A stretch of 64,000 nucleotides of DNA, taken from the NCBI RefSeq assembly GCF_965641715.1, contig NZ_OZ282453.1; one strand, 5' to 3'. The notes beneath the pieces were generated by a model that was given only the letters and a program-made list of their open reading frames with translations, searched no databases and had not been told where the DNA came from. The DNA is from Escherichia coli. Its GTDB lineage: Bacteria; Pseudomonadota; Gammaproteobacteria; Enterobacterales; Enterobacteriaceae. Each line of letters starts with the position of its first letter. Within the stretch, counting starts at the first letter, position 1. A program made the translations under genes and the position numbers. Shown in pieces: positions 1 to 11,534 of this stretch.

Positions 1-602
1 TAGGCATTGGTTTTGCCGGCGTGGCGCTGGCATTCGGTTTGACCGTTCTGACGATGGCCTTCGCTGTTGGTCATATTTCTGGTGGTCATTTTAACCCAGC
101 GGTCACTATTGGTTTATGGGCTGGCGGACGTTTTCCGGCAAAAGAAGTCGTTGGCTACGTAATTGCCCAGGTTGTCGGCGGTATTGTTGCAGCGGCGCTG
201 CTGTATTTAATTGCCAGTGGTAAAACGGGTTTTGACGCGGCAGCCAGCGGTTTTGCTTCTAACGGTTATGGCGAGCATTCACCAGGCGGTTATTCCATGC
301 TTTCCGCGCTGGTAGTTGAACTGGTATTGAGTGCAGGTTTCCTGTTGGTGATCCACGGCGCAACCGACAAATTCGCTCCGGCAGGTTTTGCGCCGATCGC
401 TATTGGTCTGGCCTTAACCCTGATTCACTTAATCAGTATTCCGGTGACTAACACTTCTGTTAACCCGGCGCGCAGCACCGCAGTTGCCATCTTCCAGGGC
501 GGCTGGGCATTAGAACAACTGTGGTTCTTCTGGGTGGTGCCAATTGTCGGTGGCATTATCGGTGGTCTGATTTACCGGACTCTGCTGGAAAAGCGTAATT
601 AA
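1..602 (+). CDS. aqpZ: aquaporin Z, 5'-truncated at the window edge (frame 3, stop TAA 600-602)
   Basis: Translation [35 protein letters not shown]... contains both MIP-family NPA motifs (NPAVT, NPARS) and matches E. coli AqpZ; the true N-terminus lies upstream of the window. Confidence 0.95.
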   Translation, partial: GIGFAGVALAFGLTVLTMAFAVGHISGGHFNPAVTIGLWAGGRFPAKEVVGYVIAQVVGGIVAAALLYLIASGKTGFDAAASGFASNGYGEHSPGGYSMLSALVVELVLSAGFLLVIHGATDKFAPAGFAPIAIGLALTLIHLISIPVTNTSVNPARSTAVAIFQGGWALEQLWFFWVVPIVGGIIGGLIYRTLLEKRN

Positions 603-1059
603 TTAGCATTGGCATTTTATCTGCCCTGGTTGTTTTATCTTCGACATTACAAACCGCACGGGTATTGGTGGCGTCAAAATCGCTGAAGCGTTCCCCGAAG
701 GCCGGGGCAGCCCACATGGATGTGGGCTGAGGGTGCGTCTTACAGGACGTTACCTCGCGCCCGACCCGGTAGCCGAAGGGGATAAGCTGAAGGTACCGCG
801 CAGCGGCGATTTTGTTCGCCAGAGCCCGGGGGTGCAGGGGGCGGCGGCGACTGGCCGCCCCCTGCGCGCTCCCTGCGCCAGTGGCTTTATATGGCATTGC
901 ACATGAAAGGAGCGCAACAATGCTAAACACTCATATAGAATTAAAAATCCCCCTCTGATGCATAACATTTCCTTTTAATTGCAACTTTACTCGTCCTTCC
1001 GCTTTCAGTAGTGTGTCATCGCGCATTTCGACTTCTTTCTTTGCAAGGGCTGGGTTTTC

Positions 1060-1959
1060 ATGTTTTCTGGGTTGTTAATCATTCTGGTTCCCCTGATTGT
1101 GGGTTACCTCATTCCGCTTCGCCAACAAGCTGCGTTAAAAGTTATTAATCAGCTATTAAGCTGGATGGTTTACCTTATTCTCTTTTTTATGGGTATCAGT
1201 CTGGCGTTTCTCGATAACCTCGCCAGTAACCTGTTGGCGATTCTGCATTATTCTGCCGTCAGTATTACCGTTATTTTACTGTGTAATATTGCCGCCCTTA
1301 TGTGGCTGGAGCGCGGTCTGCCGTGGCGCAACCACCATCAGCAAGAAAAACTCCCGTCGCGTATTGCGATGGCGCTTGAGTCGCTAAAACTGTGCGGCGT
1401 AGTAGTGATTGGTTTTGCCATTGGCCTGAGTGGACTGGCTTTCTTACAACACGCGACCGAAGCCAGTGAATACACCTTAATTCTGCTACTTTTCCTCGTC
1501 GGTATTCAGTTGCGCAATAATGGCATGACCTTAAAGCAGATTGTCCTTAATCGCCGGGGAATGATTGTCGCCGTGGTGGTGGTTGCCAGTTCATTAATTG
1601 GTGGTTTAATTAACGCCTTTATTCTTGATCTACCCATCAATACCGCGCTGGCAATGGCCTCTGGTTTCGGCTGGTATTCTCTTTCCGGTATTTTATTGAC
1701 CGAATCTTTTGGTCCGGTAATCGGGAGCGCGGCGTTTTTTAATGATCTGGCCCGTGAGCTGATTGCAATTATGTTGATCCCTGGGCTGATTCGCCGCAGC
1801 CGCTCTACCGCACTGGGCTTATGCGGTGCGACGTCGATGGATTTCACCCTGCCCGTTCTTCAACGTACTGGCGGGCTGGATATGGTCCCGGCGGCAATTG
1901 TTCACGGTTTTATTCTTAGCCTGTTAGTGCCGATCCTCATCGCCTTTTTCTCTGCGTAA
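1060..1959 (+). CDS. lysO: lysine exporter LysO (YbjE), 299 aa inner-membrane protein
   Basis: ORF track 1060..1959; hydrophobic multi-helix translation recognised as E. coli YbjE/LysO, same length. Confidence 0.9.
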   Translation: MFSGLLIILVPLIVGYLIPLRQQAALKVINQLLSWMVYLILFFMGISLAFLDNLASNLLAILHYSAVSITVILLCNIAALMWLERGLPWRNHHQQEKLPSRIAMALESLKLCGVVVIGFAIGLSGLAFLQHATEASEYTLILLLFLVGIQLRNNGMTLKQIVLNRRGMIVAVVVVASSLIGGLINAFILDLPINTALAMASGFGWYSLSGILLTESFGPVIGSAAFFNDLARELIAIMLIPGLIRRSRSTALGLCGATSMDFTLPVLQRTGGLDMVPAAIVHGFILSLLVPILIAFFSA

Positions 1960-1992
1960 TACCTCTCTGGCGGTAGATCCCTGCCGCCAAAA

Positions 1993-2006
1993 TTGCGCTA
2001 AATCAA
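1993..2006 (+). promoter_or_regulatory. putative FNR half-site pair TTGCG-N4-ATCAA upstream of hcp
   Basis: ttgcgctaaatcaa resembles the FNR consensus TTGAT-N4-ATCAA; hcp is a known FNR-activated gene; about 100 bp upstream of the hcp ATG. Confidence 0.35.
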
Positions 2007-2064
2007 TCTCCCTTAAAGTTGCATGAAAAATCCCTTTTATCCCCGCGTTAAGCGTCTTAACCTT

Positions 2065-2088
2065 AAACATGTATATTAAATATAACTT
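2065..2088 (+). promoter_or_regulatory. putative NsrR-like AT-rich site in the hcp leader (one good half-site AACATGTATAT)
   Basis: aaacatgtatattaaatataactt; left half resembles the NsrR half-site AAnATGcATnT, right half is weaker; hcp-hcr is NsrR-repressed in E. coli. Confidence 0.25.
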
Positions 2089-2102
2089 TAAAAGGTGTGA
2101 TC

Positions 2103-3755
2103 ATGTTTTGTGTGCAATGTGAACAAACTATCCGTACTCCGGCAGGAAACGGCTGCTCATACGCGCAGGGGATGTGTGGTAAAACGGCGGAAACCTCTGA
2201 CCTTCAGGATTTACTCATCGCGGCGCTGCAAGGGCTTTCTGCCTGGGCGGTAAAAGCGCGTGAATACGGCATCATCAACCACGATGTCGACAGCTTCGCG
2301 CCACGCGCCTTTTTCTCAACCCTGACCAACGTTAACTTCGATTCTCCGCGTATTGTCGGCTACGCTCGTGAAGCGATTGCCTTGCGCGAGGCGCTGAAAG
2401 CACAATGCCTGGCTGTAGATGCCAACGCCCGCGTCGATAACCCGATGGCTGACCTGCAACTGGTGAGCGACGATCTCGGCGAACTGCAACGTCAGGCAGC
2501 AGAATTTACCCCTAACAAAGATAAAGCGGCGATTGGCGAAAACATTCTCGGCCTGCGTCTGCTGTGCCTGTATGGCCTGAAAGGTGCGGCGGCCTATATG
2601 GAACACGCACACGTTCTCGGTCAATACGACAACGATATTTATGCCCAGTATCATAAAATCATGGCGTGGCTGGGGACCTGGCCTGCCGATATGAACGCGC
2701 TTCTTGAGTGTTCAATGGAAATCGGCCAGATGAACTTCAAAGTGATGAGCATTCTGGATGCAGGCGAAACCGGTAAATACGGTCACCCGACGCCAACCCA
2801 GGTCAACGTCAAAGCGACGGCGGGTAAATGCATCCTGATTTCCGGTCACGATCTCAAAGATCTCTACAACCTGCTGGAACAGACCGAAGGCACGGGCGTT
2901 AATGTCTACACCCACGGCGAAATGCTGCCTGCGCATGGCTACCCGGAGCTGCGTAAATTCAAGCATCTGGTCGGTAACTACGGCAGCGGCTGGCAGAATC
3001 AGCAAGTGGAGTTCGCTCGTTTCCCTGGCCCCATCGTGATGACCTCGAACTGCATCATCGACCCAACCGTAGGCGCTTATGACGATCGTATCTGGACCCG
3101 CAGCATCGTTGGCTGGCCTGGCGTGCGTCATCTGGATGGCGAAGATTTCTCTGCGGTCATTGCCCAGGCGCAACAAATGGCAGGCTTCCCATACAGCGAA
3201 ATTCCGCACCTGATCACCGTGGGCTTTGGCCGCCAGACGCTGCTTGGCGCAGCGGATACGCTAATTGATCTGGTGAGCCGTGAAAAACTGCGTCATATCT
3301 TCCTGCTTGGTGGCTGTGACGGCGCACGCGGCGAACGTCACTACTTCACCGATTTCGCCACCAGCGTGCCGGATGACTGCCTGATCCTGACCCTCGCCTG
3401 TGGTAAATATCGCTTTAACAAACTTGAGTTTGGCGATATCGAAGGTCTGCCGCGTCTGGTAGATGCAGGTCAATGTAACGATGCTTACTCAGCGATTATT
3501 CTGGCGGTAACGCTGGCAGAAAAACTGGGCTGCGGTGTCAACGATCTGCCGCTGTCGCTGGTGCTCTCCTGGTTTGAACAGAAAGCGATTGTCATTCTGC
3601 TGACGCTGCTTTCTCTGGGCGTGAAAAATATCGTCACCGGCCCGACTGCACCTGGTTTCCTGACACCAGATCTGCTGGCGGTGCTGAACGAGAAATTCGG
3701 CCTGCGTTCTATCACCACTGTTGAAGAAGACATGAAGCAACTGTTGAGCGCGTAA
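2103..3755 (+). CDS. hcp: hybrid-cluster protein (hydroxylamine reductase), 550 aa
   Basis: ORF track 2097..3755 trimmed to ATG 2103 (MFCVQCEQT...); N-terminal Cys cluster CxxC...C...C; matches E. coli Hcp. Confidence 0.95.
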   Translation: MFCVQCEQTIRTPAGNGCSYAQGMCGKTAETSDLQDLLIAALQGLSAWAVKAREYGIINHDVDSFAPRAFFSTLTNVNFDSPRIVGYAREAIALREALKAQCLAVDANARVDNPMADLQLVSDDLGELQRQAAEFTPNKDKAAIGENILGLRLLCLYGLKGAAAYMEHAHVLGQYDNDIYAQYHKIMAWLGTWPADMNALLECSMEIGQMNFKVMSILDAGETGKYGHPTPTQVNVKATAGKCILISGHDLKDLYNLLEQTEGTGVNVYTHGEMLPAHGYPELRKFKHLVGNYGSGWQNQQVEFARFPGPIVMTSNCIIDPTVGAYDDRIWTRSIVGWPGVRHLDGEDFSAVIAQAQQMAGFPYSEIPHLITVGFGRQTLLGAADTLIDLVSREKLRHIFLLGGCDGARGERHYFTDFATSVPDDCLILTLACGKYRFNKLEFGDIEGLPRLVDAGQCNDAYSAIILAVTLAEKLGCGVNDLPLSLVLSWFEQKAIVILLTLLSLGVKNIVTGPTAPGFLTPDLLAVLNEKFGLRSITTVEEDMKQLLSA

Positions 3756-3766
3756 GGAGTTTGTCG

Positions 3767-4735
3767 ATGACGATGCCAACGAATCAATGCCCGTGGCGGA
3801 TGCAGGTTCATCACATTAAGCAAGAAACGCCGGATGTGTGGACGATTTCCCTGATTTGCCACGATTACTACCCATATCGCGCCGGGCAATATGCACTGGT
3901 CAGCGTGCGAAACTCAGCGGAAACGCTGCGTGCTTACACTATTTCCTCCACGCCAGGAGTGAGTGAATATATCACCCTGACCGTGCGGCGGATTGATGAC
4001 GGTGTCGGCTCCCAGTGGCTGACGCGCGATGTAAAACGCGGTGATTATCTCTGGCTTTCGGACGCGATGGGGGAATTTACCTGCGACGATAAAGCAGAAG
4101 ATAAATTCCTGTTGCTGGCTGCAGGCTGCGGCGTCACGCCGATTATGTCGATGCGTCGCTGGCTGGCGAAGAATCGTCCACAGGCCGATGTACAGGTGAT
4201 CTACAACGTGCGTACGCCGCAGGATGTTATTTTCGCCGATGAGTGGCGTAACTATCCGGTAACGCTGGTGGCGGAAAATAACGTTACCGAAGGCTTTATC
4301 ACTGGTCGTCTCACTCGCGAACTCCTGACTCGCGTTCCTGACTTAGCTTCACGTACCGTGATGACCTGCGGCCCGGCTCCGTATATGGATTGGGTAGAGC
4401 AGGAAGTGAAAGCGCTCGGCGTGACGCGTTTCTTTAAAGAGAAATTCTTCACCCCAGTAGCGGAAGCGGCGACCAGCGGTCTGAAATTCACCAAACTGCA
4501 ACCGGCGCAAGAATTTTACGCTCCTGTTGGCACCACGCTGCTGGAGGCGCTGGAAAGCAATAAAGTTCCGGTTGTCGCCGCCTGCCGCGCGGGTGTTTGC
4601 GGCTGCTGTAAGACGAAAGTGGTTTCCGGTGAATATACGGTGAGCAGTACAATGACGCTGACCGACGCCGAAATCGCTGAAGGTTACGTACTGGCCTGCT
4701 CCTGCCATCCGCAGGGGGATTTGGTTCTCGCATAA
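3767..4735 (+). CDS. hcr: NADH oxidoreductase for Hcp (FAD/NAD binding plus C-terminal 2Fe-2S ferredoxin domain), 322 aa
   Basis: ORF track 3761..4735 (TTG) trimmed to ATG 3767 (MTMPTNQCPW...); C-terminal CRAGVCGCCKTKV cysteine motif; 11 bp after the hcp stop, operon arrangement. Confidence 0.95.
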   Translation: MTMPTNQCPWRMQVHHIKQETPDVWTISLICHDYYPYRAGQYALVSVRNSAETLRAYTISSTPGVSEYITLTVRRIDDGVGSQWLTRDVKRGDYLWLSDAMGEFTCDDKAEDKFLLLAAGCGVTPIMSMRRWLAKNRPQADVQVIYNVRTPQDVIFADEWRNYPVTLVAENNVTEGFITGRLTRELLTRVPDLASRTVMTCGPAPYMDWVEQEVKALGVTRFFKEKFFTPVAEAATSGLKFTKLQPAQEFYAPVGTTLLEALESNKVPVVAACRAGVCGCCKTKVVSGEYTVSSTMTLTDAEIAEGYVLACSCHPQGDLVLA

Positions 4736-4744
4736 TCGCCTTAT

Positions 4745-4776
4745 GCCCGATGATATTCCTTTCATCGGGCTATTTA
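4745..4776 (+). terminator. rho-independent terminator of hcp-hcr
   Basis: 9-bp stem gcccgatga / tcatcgggc with 8-nt loop followed by tattta, immediately after the hcr stop. Confidence 0.6.
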
Positions 4777-4867
4777 ACCGTTAGTGCCTCCTTTCTCTCC
4801 CATCCCTTCCCCCTCCGTCAGATGAACTAAACTTGTTACCGTTATCACATTCAGGAGATGGAGAACC

Positions 4868-6586
4868 ATGAAACAAACGGTTGCAGCTTATATCGCCAAA
4901 ACACTCGAATCGGCAGGAGTGAAACGCATCTGGGGAGTCACGGGCGACTCTCTGAACGGTCTTAGCGACAGTCTTAATCGCATGGGCACCATCGAGTGGA
5001 TGTCCACCCGCCATGAAGAAGTGGCGGCGTTTGCCGCTGGCGCTGAAGCACAACTTTCAGGAGAACTGGCGGTCTGTGCCGGATCGTGCGGCCCCGGCAA
5101 CCTGCACTTGATCAACGGCCTGTTCGATTGCCACCGCAATCACGTTCCGGTACTGGCGATTGCCGCTCATATTCCCTCCAGCGAAATTGGCAGCGGCTAT
5201 TTCCAGGAAACCCACCCACAAGAGCTATTCCGCGAATGTAGCCACTATTGCGAGCTGGTTTCCAGCCCGGAGCAGATCCCACAAGTACTGGCGATTGCCA
5301 TGCGCAAAGCGGTACTTAACCGTGGCGTTTCGGTTGTCGTGTTACCAGGCGACGTGGCGTTAAAACCTGCGCCAGAAGGGGCAACTACCCACTGGTATCA
5401 TGCGCTACAGCCGGTCGTGACGCCGGAAGAAGAAGAGTTACGCAAACTGGCGCAACTGCTGCGTTATTCCAGCAATATCGCCCTGATGTGTGGCAGCGGC
5501 TGCGCGGGGGCGCATAAAGAGTTAGTTGAGTTTGCCGGGAAAATTAAAGCACCTATTGTTCATGCCCTGCGCGGTAAAGAACATGTCGAATACGATAATC
5601 CGTATGATGTTGGAATGACCGGGTTAATCGGCTTCTCGTCAGGTTTCCATACCATGATGAACGCCGACACGTTAGTGCTACTCGGTACTCAGTTCCCCTA
5701 CCGTGCGTTCTACCCGACCGATGCCAAAATTATTCAGATTGATATCAATCCAGCCAGCATCGGCGCTCACAGCAAGGTGGATATGGCACTGGTCGGCGAT
5801 ATCAAATCAACCCTGCGTGCATTGCTGCCACTGGTGGAAGAAAAAGCCGATCGCAAATTTCTGGATAAAGCGCTGGAAGATTACCGCGATGCCCGCAAAG
5901 GGCTGGACGATTTAGCTAAACCGAGCGAGAAAGCCATTCACCCGCAATATCTGGCGCAGCAAATTAGTCATTTTGCCGCCGATGACGCCATTTTCACCTG
6001 TGACGTTGGTACGCCAACGGTGTGGGCAGCGCGTTATCTGAAAATGAACGGCAAGCGTCGCCTGTTAGGTTCGTTTAACCACGGTTCGATGGCTAACGCC
6101 ATGCCGCAGGCGCTGGGTGCGCAGGCAACCGAGCCGGAACGTCAGGTGGTCGCCATGTGCGGCGATGGCGGTTTTAGCATGTTGATGGGCGATTTCCTCT
6201 CGGTAGTGCAGATGAAACTGCCGGTGAAAATTATCGTCTTTAATAACAACGTGCTGGGCTTTGTGGCGATGGAGATGAAAGCCGGAGGCTACCTGACAGA
6301 CGGCACCGAGCTTCACGACACCAACTTTGCCCGCATTGCCGAAGCATGCGGCATTACGGGTATTCGCGTGGAAAAAGCCTCTGAAGTCGATGAAGCCCTG
6401 CAACGCGCCTTTTCCATCGACGGTCCGGTGCTGGTGGATGTGGTGGTCGCCAAAGAAGAATTAGCCATTCCACCGCAGATCAAACTCGAACAGGCCAAAG
6501 GTTTTAGCCTGTATATGCTGCGCGCAATCATCAGCGGACGCGGTGATGAAGTGATCGAACTGGCGAAAACAAAGTGGCTAAGGTAA
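4868..6586 (+). CDS. poxB: pyruvate oxidase (ubiquinone-dependent, ThDP/FAD), 572 aa
   Basis: ORF track; translation [32 protein letters not shown]... matches E. coli PoxB at full length. Confidence 0.95.
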   Translation: MKQTVAAYIAKTLESAGVKRIWGVTGDSLNGLSDSLNRMGTIEWMSTRHEEVAAFAAGAEAQLSGELAVCAGSCGPGNLHLINGLFDCHRNHVPVLAIAAHIPSSEIGSGYFQETHPQELFRECSHYCELVSSPEQIPQVLAIAMRKAVLNRGVSVVVLPGDVALKPAPEGATTHWYHALQPVVTPEEEELRKLAQLLRYSSNIALMCGSGCAGAHKELVEFAGKIKAPIVHALRGKEHVEYDNPYDVGMTGLIGFSSGFHTMMNADTLVLLGTQFPYRAFYPTDAKIIQIDINPASIGAHSKVDMALVGDIKSTLRALLPLVEEKADRKFLDKALEDYRDARKGLDDLAKPSEKAIHPQYLAQQISHFAADDAIFTCDVGTPTVWAARYLKMNGKRRLLGSFNHGSMANAMPQALGAQATEPERQVVAMCGDGGFSMLMGDFLSVVQMKLPVKIIVFNNNVLGFVAMEMKAGGYLTDGTELHDTNFARIAEACGITGIRVEKASEVDEALQRAFSIDGPVLVDVVVAKEELAIPPQIKLEQAKGFSLYMLRAIISGRGDEVIELAKTKWLR

Positions 6587-6622
6587 AAAGGGTGGCATTT
6601 CCCGTCATAATAAGGACATGCC

Positions 6623-7624
6623 ATGATTGATTTACGCAGTGATACCGTAACCCGACCGAGCCGCGCCATGCTCGAAGCGATGATGGCCGCCCCGGTTGGG
6701 GACGACGTTTACGGAGACGACCCTACCGTTAATGCTCTGCAGGACTATGCAGCAGAGCTTTCCGGTAAAGAAGCCGCCATTTTTCTGCCTACCGGCACTC
6801 AGGCCAACCTGGTCGCTCTGCTCAGTCACTGCGAACGTGGCGAAGAGTATATTGTCGGTCAGGCCGCGCATAACTATCTGTTTGAAGCCGGTGGCGCAGC
6901 GGTGCTGGGCAGTATTCAGCCGCAACCCATCGACGCGGCTGCCGACGGCACGCTACCGCTGGATAAAGTGGCGATGAAAATCAAACCCGACGATATCCAT
7001 TTCGCCCGCACCAAATTACTCAGTCTGGAAAACACCCACAACGGCAAAGTGTTGCCGCGTGAATACCTTAAAGATGCATGGGAATTTACCCGCGAGCGCA
7101 ATCTGGCGCTGCATGTTGACGGTGCGCGCATCTTTAACGCCGTGGTGGCTTACGGCTGCGAACTGAAAGAGATCACGCAATATTGTGATTCGTTCACCAT
7201 TTGCCTGTCGAAAGGTCTTGGGACGCCAGTCGGTTCATTACTCGTCGGTAATCGTGATTACATTAAACGTGCCATTCGCTGGCGGAAAATGACAGGTGGC
7301 GGGATGCGCCAGTCCGGCATTCTGGCTGCTGCCGGGATGTATGCGCTGAAAAATAACGTCGCACGCTTGCAGGAAGATCACGACAACGCCGCCTGGATGG
7401 CGGAGCAACTGCGCGAAGCGGGCGCGGATGTAATGCGTCAGGACACTAATATGCTGTTTGTCCGCGTCGGCGAAGAAAATGCTGCCGCGTTAGGCGAATA
7501 CATGAAAGCGAGAAACGTACTGATTAACGCCTCGCCGATTGTCCGCCTGGTGACCCATCTTGACGTCTCGCGCGAACAACTGGCAGAAGTCGCCGCCCAC
7601 TGGCGCGCATTCCTGGCGCGTTAA
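6623..7624 (+). CDS. ltaE: low-specificity L-threonine aldolase, 333 aa
   Basis: ORF track; [13 protein letters not shown]... PLP aldolase fold, matches E. coli LtaE. Confidence 0.95.
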   Translation: MIDLRSDTVTRPSRAMLEAMMAAPVGDDVYGDDPTVNALQDYAAELSGKEAAIFLPTGTQANLVALLSHCERGEEYIVGQAAHNYLFEAGGAAVLGSIQPQPIDAAADGTLPLDKVAMKIKPDDIHFARTKLLSLENTHNGKVLPREYLKDAWEFTRERNLALHVDGARIFNAVVAYGCELKEITQYCDSFTICLSKGLGTPVGSLLVGNRDYIKRAIRWRKMTGGGMRQSGILAAAGMYALKNNVARLQEDHDNAAWMAEQLREAGADVMRQDTNMLFVRVGEENAAALGEYMKARNVLINASPIVRLVTHLDVSREQLAEVAAHWRAFLAR

Positions 7625-7634
7625 GGAGGGAGAC

Positions 7635-9065
7635 GTGCCGCAACGCATTTTAGTTCTTGGTGCCAGTGGCTACATTGGTCAACATCTGGTGCAGGCACTC
7701 AGCCAGCAAGGGCATCAGATCCTGGCGGCGGCACGTCATGTCGACAGGCTTGCAAAGCTGCAACTGGCAAACGTCAGTTGCCATAAAGTCGATCTCAGCT
7801 GGCCGGATAACCTTCCGGCCCTGTTACAGGATATCGATACCGTCTATTTTCTGGTGCACAGCATGGGCGAAAGCGGCGATTTTATCGCTCAGGAGCGCCA
7901 GGTGGCTCTCAACGTCCGCGATGCGCTACGTGAAGTACCAGTTAAGCAATTAATCTTTCTCAGTTCGTTGCAGGCCCCGCCACATGAGCAGTCGGATCAT
8001 CTGCGTGCTCGTCAGGCTACGGCGGACATTCTTCGTGAAGCGAATGTACCAGTGACCGAACTTCGGGCCGGAATTATCGTTGGCGCAGGTTCCGCAGCGT
8101 TCGAAGTGATGCGCGATATGGTTTACAACCTGCCAGTGTTAACGCCGCCACGCTGGGTACGCTCACGCACCACGCCTATCGCGCTGGAAAACTTGCTGCA
8201 CTATCTGGTGGCGCTGTTAGACCATCCAGCCAACGAACACCGCATCTTCGAAGCCGCCGGACCAGAGGTGCTCAGTTATCAGCAACAGTTTGAACATTTT
8301 ATGGCGGTGAGCGGTAAGCGCCGCTGGTTGATCCCCATCCCCCTCCCCACCCGCTGGATTTCGGTGTGGTTTCTCAATGTGATTACTTCCGTACCGCCCA
8401 CCACCGCCAGGGCGTTGATTCAGGGGCTGAAACACGATCTGCTGGCGGATGACACCGCGCTACGTGCGCTCATCCCACAACGGCTGATCGCTTTCGATGA
8501 CGCGGTACGTAGCACGTTGAAAGAGGAAGAAAAACTGGTCAACTCCAGCGACTGGGGCTACGACGCTCAGGCCTTTGCCCGCTGGCGACCTGAGTACGGT
8601 TATTTCGCCAAACAGGCGGGGTTTACCGTTAAAACGTCCGCCAGCCTTGCGGCTTTATGGCAGGTAGTGAACCAAATCGGCGGTAAAGAGCGTTATTTCT
8701 TTGGCAATATTTTGTGGCAGACACGGGCGTTGATGGACCGTGCGATCGGTCATAAATTAGCGAAAGGCCGTCCGGAGCGCGAATATTTACAGACCGGCGA
8801 TGCGGTGGATAGCTGGAAAGTGATTGTCGTTGAACCGGAAAAACAACTTACGTTGTTATTTGGCATGAAAGCGCCGGGACTGGGACGACTGTGTTTTACC
8901 CTGGAAGATAAAGGCGACTATCGTACTATCGATGTCCGCGCTTTCTGGCATCCGCACGGGATGCCGGGGCTGTTTTACTGGTTATTGATGATCCCCGCGC
9001 ATCTGTTTATTTTTCGCGGAATGGCAAAACGAATCGCCAGACTGGCAGAACAAAGCACAGATTAA
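7635..9065 (+). CDS. ybjT: NAD(P)-binding Rossmann protein YbjT, 476 aa
   Basis: ORF track 7560..9065 overlaps ltaE; trimmed to GTG 7635 just after the ltaE stop, with GGAGGG SD at 7625-7630; N-terminal GASGYIG dinucleotide-binding motif. Confidence 0.85.
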   Translation: MPQRILVLGASGYIGQHLVQALSQQGHQILAAARHVDRLAKLQLANVSCHKVDLSWPDNLPALLQDIDTVYFLVHSMGESGDFIAQERQVALNVRDALREVPVKQLIFLSSLQAPPHEQSDHLRARQATADILREANVPVTELRAGIIVGAGSAAFEVMRDMVYNLPVLTPPRWVRSRTTPIALENLLHYLVALLDHPANEHRIFEAAGPEVLSYQQQFEHFMAVSGKRRWLIPIPLPTRWISVWFLNVITSVPPTTARALIQGLKHDLLADDTALRALIPQRLIAFDDAVRSTLKEEEKLVNSSDWGYDAQAFARWRPEYGYFAKQAGFTVKTSASLAALWQVVNQIGGKERYFFGNILWQTRALMDRAIGHKLAKGRPEREYLQTGDAVDSWKVIVVEPEKQLTLLFGMKAPGLGRLCFTLEDKGDYRTIDVRAFWHPHGMPGLFYWLLMIPAHLFIFRGMAKRIARLAEQSTD

Positions 9066-9163
9066 TCGACAAAACCTGCGTTATTCTTTCATGTTTCCCA
9101 TTGCATCATGGGGGAAATCACGGAAGAATGCGCACGTCATTTTCTCAACAACAGTGGATTGAT

Positions 9164-10177
9164 ATGAAGGTACTGGTTACCGGCGCCACCAGCGGCTTAG
9201 GTCGAAACGCGGTAGAGTTTTTATGCCAGAAAGGCATCAGCGTGCGAGCGACCGGTCGCAACGAGGCAATGGGTAAATTGCTGGAAAAAATGGGCGCAGA
9301 GTTTGTTCCGGCGGATCTGACCGAGCTGGTCTCATCACAAGCTAAAGTGATGCTCGCGGGCATTGATACGCTGTGGCACTGCTCCAGCTTTACCTCGCCC
9401 TGGGGGACACAACAGGCTTTCGATCTGGCTAACGTTCGCGCCACTCGCCGCCTGGGTGAATGGGCTGTCGCCTGGGGTGTGCGTAACTTTATTCATATCT
9501 CTTCCCCCTCCCTGTACTTCGATTATCACCACCATCGCGATATTAAAGAAGATTTTCGCCCTCACCGCTTCGCCAACGAGTTTGCCCGCAGCAAAGCAGC
9601 CAGCGAAGAAGTGATCAATATGCTTTCGCAGGCGAATCCACAAACGCGCTTTACTATTCTGCGCCCACAAAGTCTGTTCGGACCGCACGATAAAGTCTTT
9701 ATCCCCCGTCTGGCGCATATGATGCACCACTACGGCAGCATTCTGTTACCGCACGGCGGAAGTGCGCTGGTCGATATGACCTACTATGAAAATGCAGTGC
9801 ACGCCATGTGGCTGGCAAGCCAGGAAGCCTGCGATAAGCTACCTTCCGGGCGTGTGTACAACATCACCAACGGCGAGCATCGCACACTGCGCAGCATCGT
9901 GCAGAAGCTGATCGACGAGTTGAATATTGACTGTCGTATTCGTTCGGTTCCTTACCCGATGCTGGATATGATCGCCCGCAGCATGGAGCGTTTAGGCCGC
10001 AAGTCAGCAAAAGAGCCGCCGCTGACCCACTACGGCGTCTCCAAGCTTAATTTTGACTTTACGCTGGATATTACGCGGGCGCAGGAAGAGTTAGGTTATC
10101 AGCCAGTCATTACCCTGGATGAAGGTATCGAGAAAACTGCCGCCTGGCTACGCGACCACGGAAAACTGCCGCGCTAA
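9164..10177 (+). CDS. ybjS: NAD-dependent epimerase/dehydratase-family protein YbjS, 337 aa
   Basis: ORF track 9101..10177 trimmed to ATG 9164 ([15 protein letters not shown]...), the Rossmann GxxGxxG N-terminus. Confidence 0.85.
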   Translation: MKVLVTGATSGLGRNAVEFLCQKGISVRATGRNEAMGKLLEKMGAEFVPADLTELVSSQAKVMLAGIDTLWHCSSFTSPWGTQQAFDLANVRATRRLGEWAVAWGVRNFIHISSPSLYFDYHHHRDIKEDFRPHRFANEFARSKAASEEVINMLSQANPQTRFTILRPQSLFGPHDKVFIPRLAHMMHHYGSILLPHGGSALVDMTYYENAVHAMWLASQEACDKLPSGRVYNITNGEHRTLRSIVQKLIDELNIDCRIRSVPYPMLDMIARSMERLGRKSAKEPPLTHYGVSKLNFDFTLDITRAQEELGYQPVITLDEGIEKTAAWLRDHGKLPR

Positions 10178-11004
10178 TCCTGCCCGTATTTCTCCAGCAA
10201 CGCTTCGGCAATTGCCTGAGTTTCTGCATCCGCTTCGCCGTTGTATAACGTCGGGCGGAAATGCATCTGGAACGCCATAATCACGCGCCGCTGCTCGCGC
10301 GGTGTCATATCAGGTTTAACGTCATAACCGTAGCGCGCCAAAAGCTCCAGCAATGACGCGGTATCTACCGGTGTGTGCGGCGCGCGCCCGGCAAGGTAAA
10401 AGTTCACCCGCTGCGCATCCGGCCAGGCACCAATCCCCTGCTGCGCCAGTTGCTGCCAGGGAAATAATGGCCCCGGATCGTCTTTGCGCTGCGGTGCGAT
10501 ATCCGCATGTGCCACTACGTTTTCCGGCTTGATGTGATAACGGGCAATAATATCTTTCGCCAGTGGAATAAGCGCCTGAATCTGTGCCGGTTCAAACGGG
10601 GCAAAATATTTCACTCCCGCCGATTTCTGCCAGCCACGGTTTTCCAGCTCAATGCCAATAGAGGTGTCGTTAAGGCGAGTTGCCCCGCGCCAGGCGCTAA
10701 TCCCCGCATGCCAGGCCAGTTCTTGTTCCGGCACCAGTTGCCAGATGCGCGGTTTACCGTTGTATCGCGGTGGCACCGCAGGGACCAGATAATGCGAGCT
10801 GACCTGCTTATTGGTCAGTGTCGCCAGTGAGCTATCAAAATCATCTGCGGTGTAGTGGATCACCAGCACTTTAATGCGCGGATACGCCGCCTGCGCCTGG
10901 CGTCGGGTATCAAGCTGATATCCCTCTTTCTCGACAATGCCTTTTTCGCCCGCACACCCTGCCAGTAACAGAGCGGCAGCGACCAGCCAGAAGACTCTTC
11001 TCAT
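10174..11004 (-). CDS. amiD: N-acetylmuramoyl-L-alanine amidase AmiD (lipoprotein), 276 aa
   Basis: ORF track; lipobox LLAGCAG near the N-terminus; matches E. coli AmiD; start overlaps the ybjQ stop (ATGA). Confidence 0.9.
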
Positions 11005-11324
11005 CGACGCGTTTTCACCGCCGTACCGCTGACGCTAACCATCAGCATACTGCCGTTTTGCCCGACCGTTTCGTAGTCGATATCAATACCGACTACGGCA
11101 TCGGCCCCCAGCGCCCGCGCCTGGGAGCCGAGCTCCTCAAAGGCGATCTCCCGCGCTTTACGTAGCTCTTTTTCGTAGGCACCGGAGCGTCCGCCAACGA
11201 TATCGCGAATACCGGCAAAGAAATCACGGAAAATATTCGCGCCTAAAATCGCTTCGCCAGTCACCACACCGCAATATTCAACGATGGTCTGGCCTTCCAG
11301 AGTTGGAGTTGTGGAAAATTGCAT
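11001..11324 (-). CDS. ybjQ: YbjQ (UPF0145 family), 107 aa
   Basis: ORF track; [54 protein letters not shown]... matches E. coli YbjQ. Confidence 0.9.
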
Positions 11325-11534
11325 GATCGATCTCCTTGTTTGTTAAGCCTTCGATCTCTAAAGCATTATCGGACTGATATGCCATGTTGGGAAGAAGGTT
11401 TTGATCAGTTTAGGAAATCATCTCATTGTGTCAAAAACAGCTACATAAGCCTGTACAATTATCTGTTTCGTAACCGGATATTGGTTTCATTATGGAGCAC
11501 CGCTTACCTGCCCTATTATGTTGTGCCGGCAACA

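Noticed and set aside
556-968. Two overlapping minus-strand ORFs (124 aa and 72 aa) in the aqpZ-lysO spacer
   Set aside because: They lie in the GC-rich hairpin region where long open frames arise by chance; Arg/Ala/Gly/Pro-rich low-complexity translations; no RBS; they overlap the aqpZ 3' end. Treated as non-coding.
2316-4765. Several 80-165-aa antisense or out-of-frame ORFs inside hcp and hcr (e.g. 2712..3209, 3485..3889, 4349..4765)
   Set aside because: Entirely nested in strongly supported genes on the opposite strand or in another frame; typical shadow ORFs.
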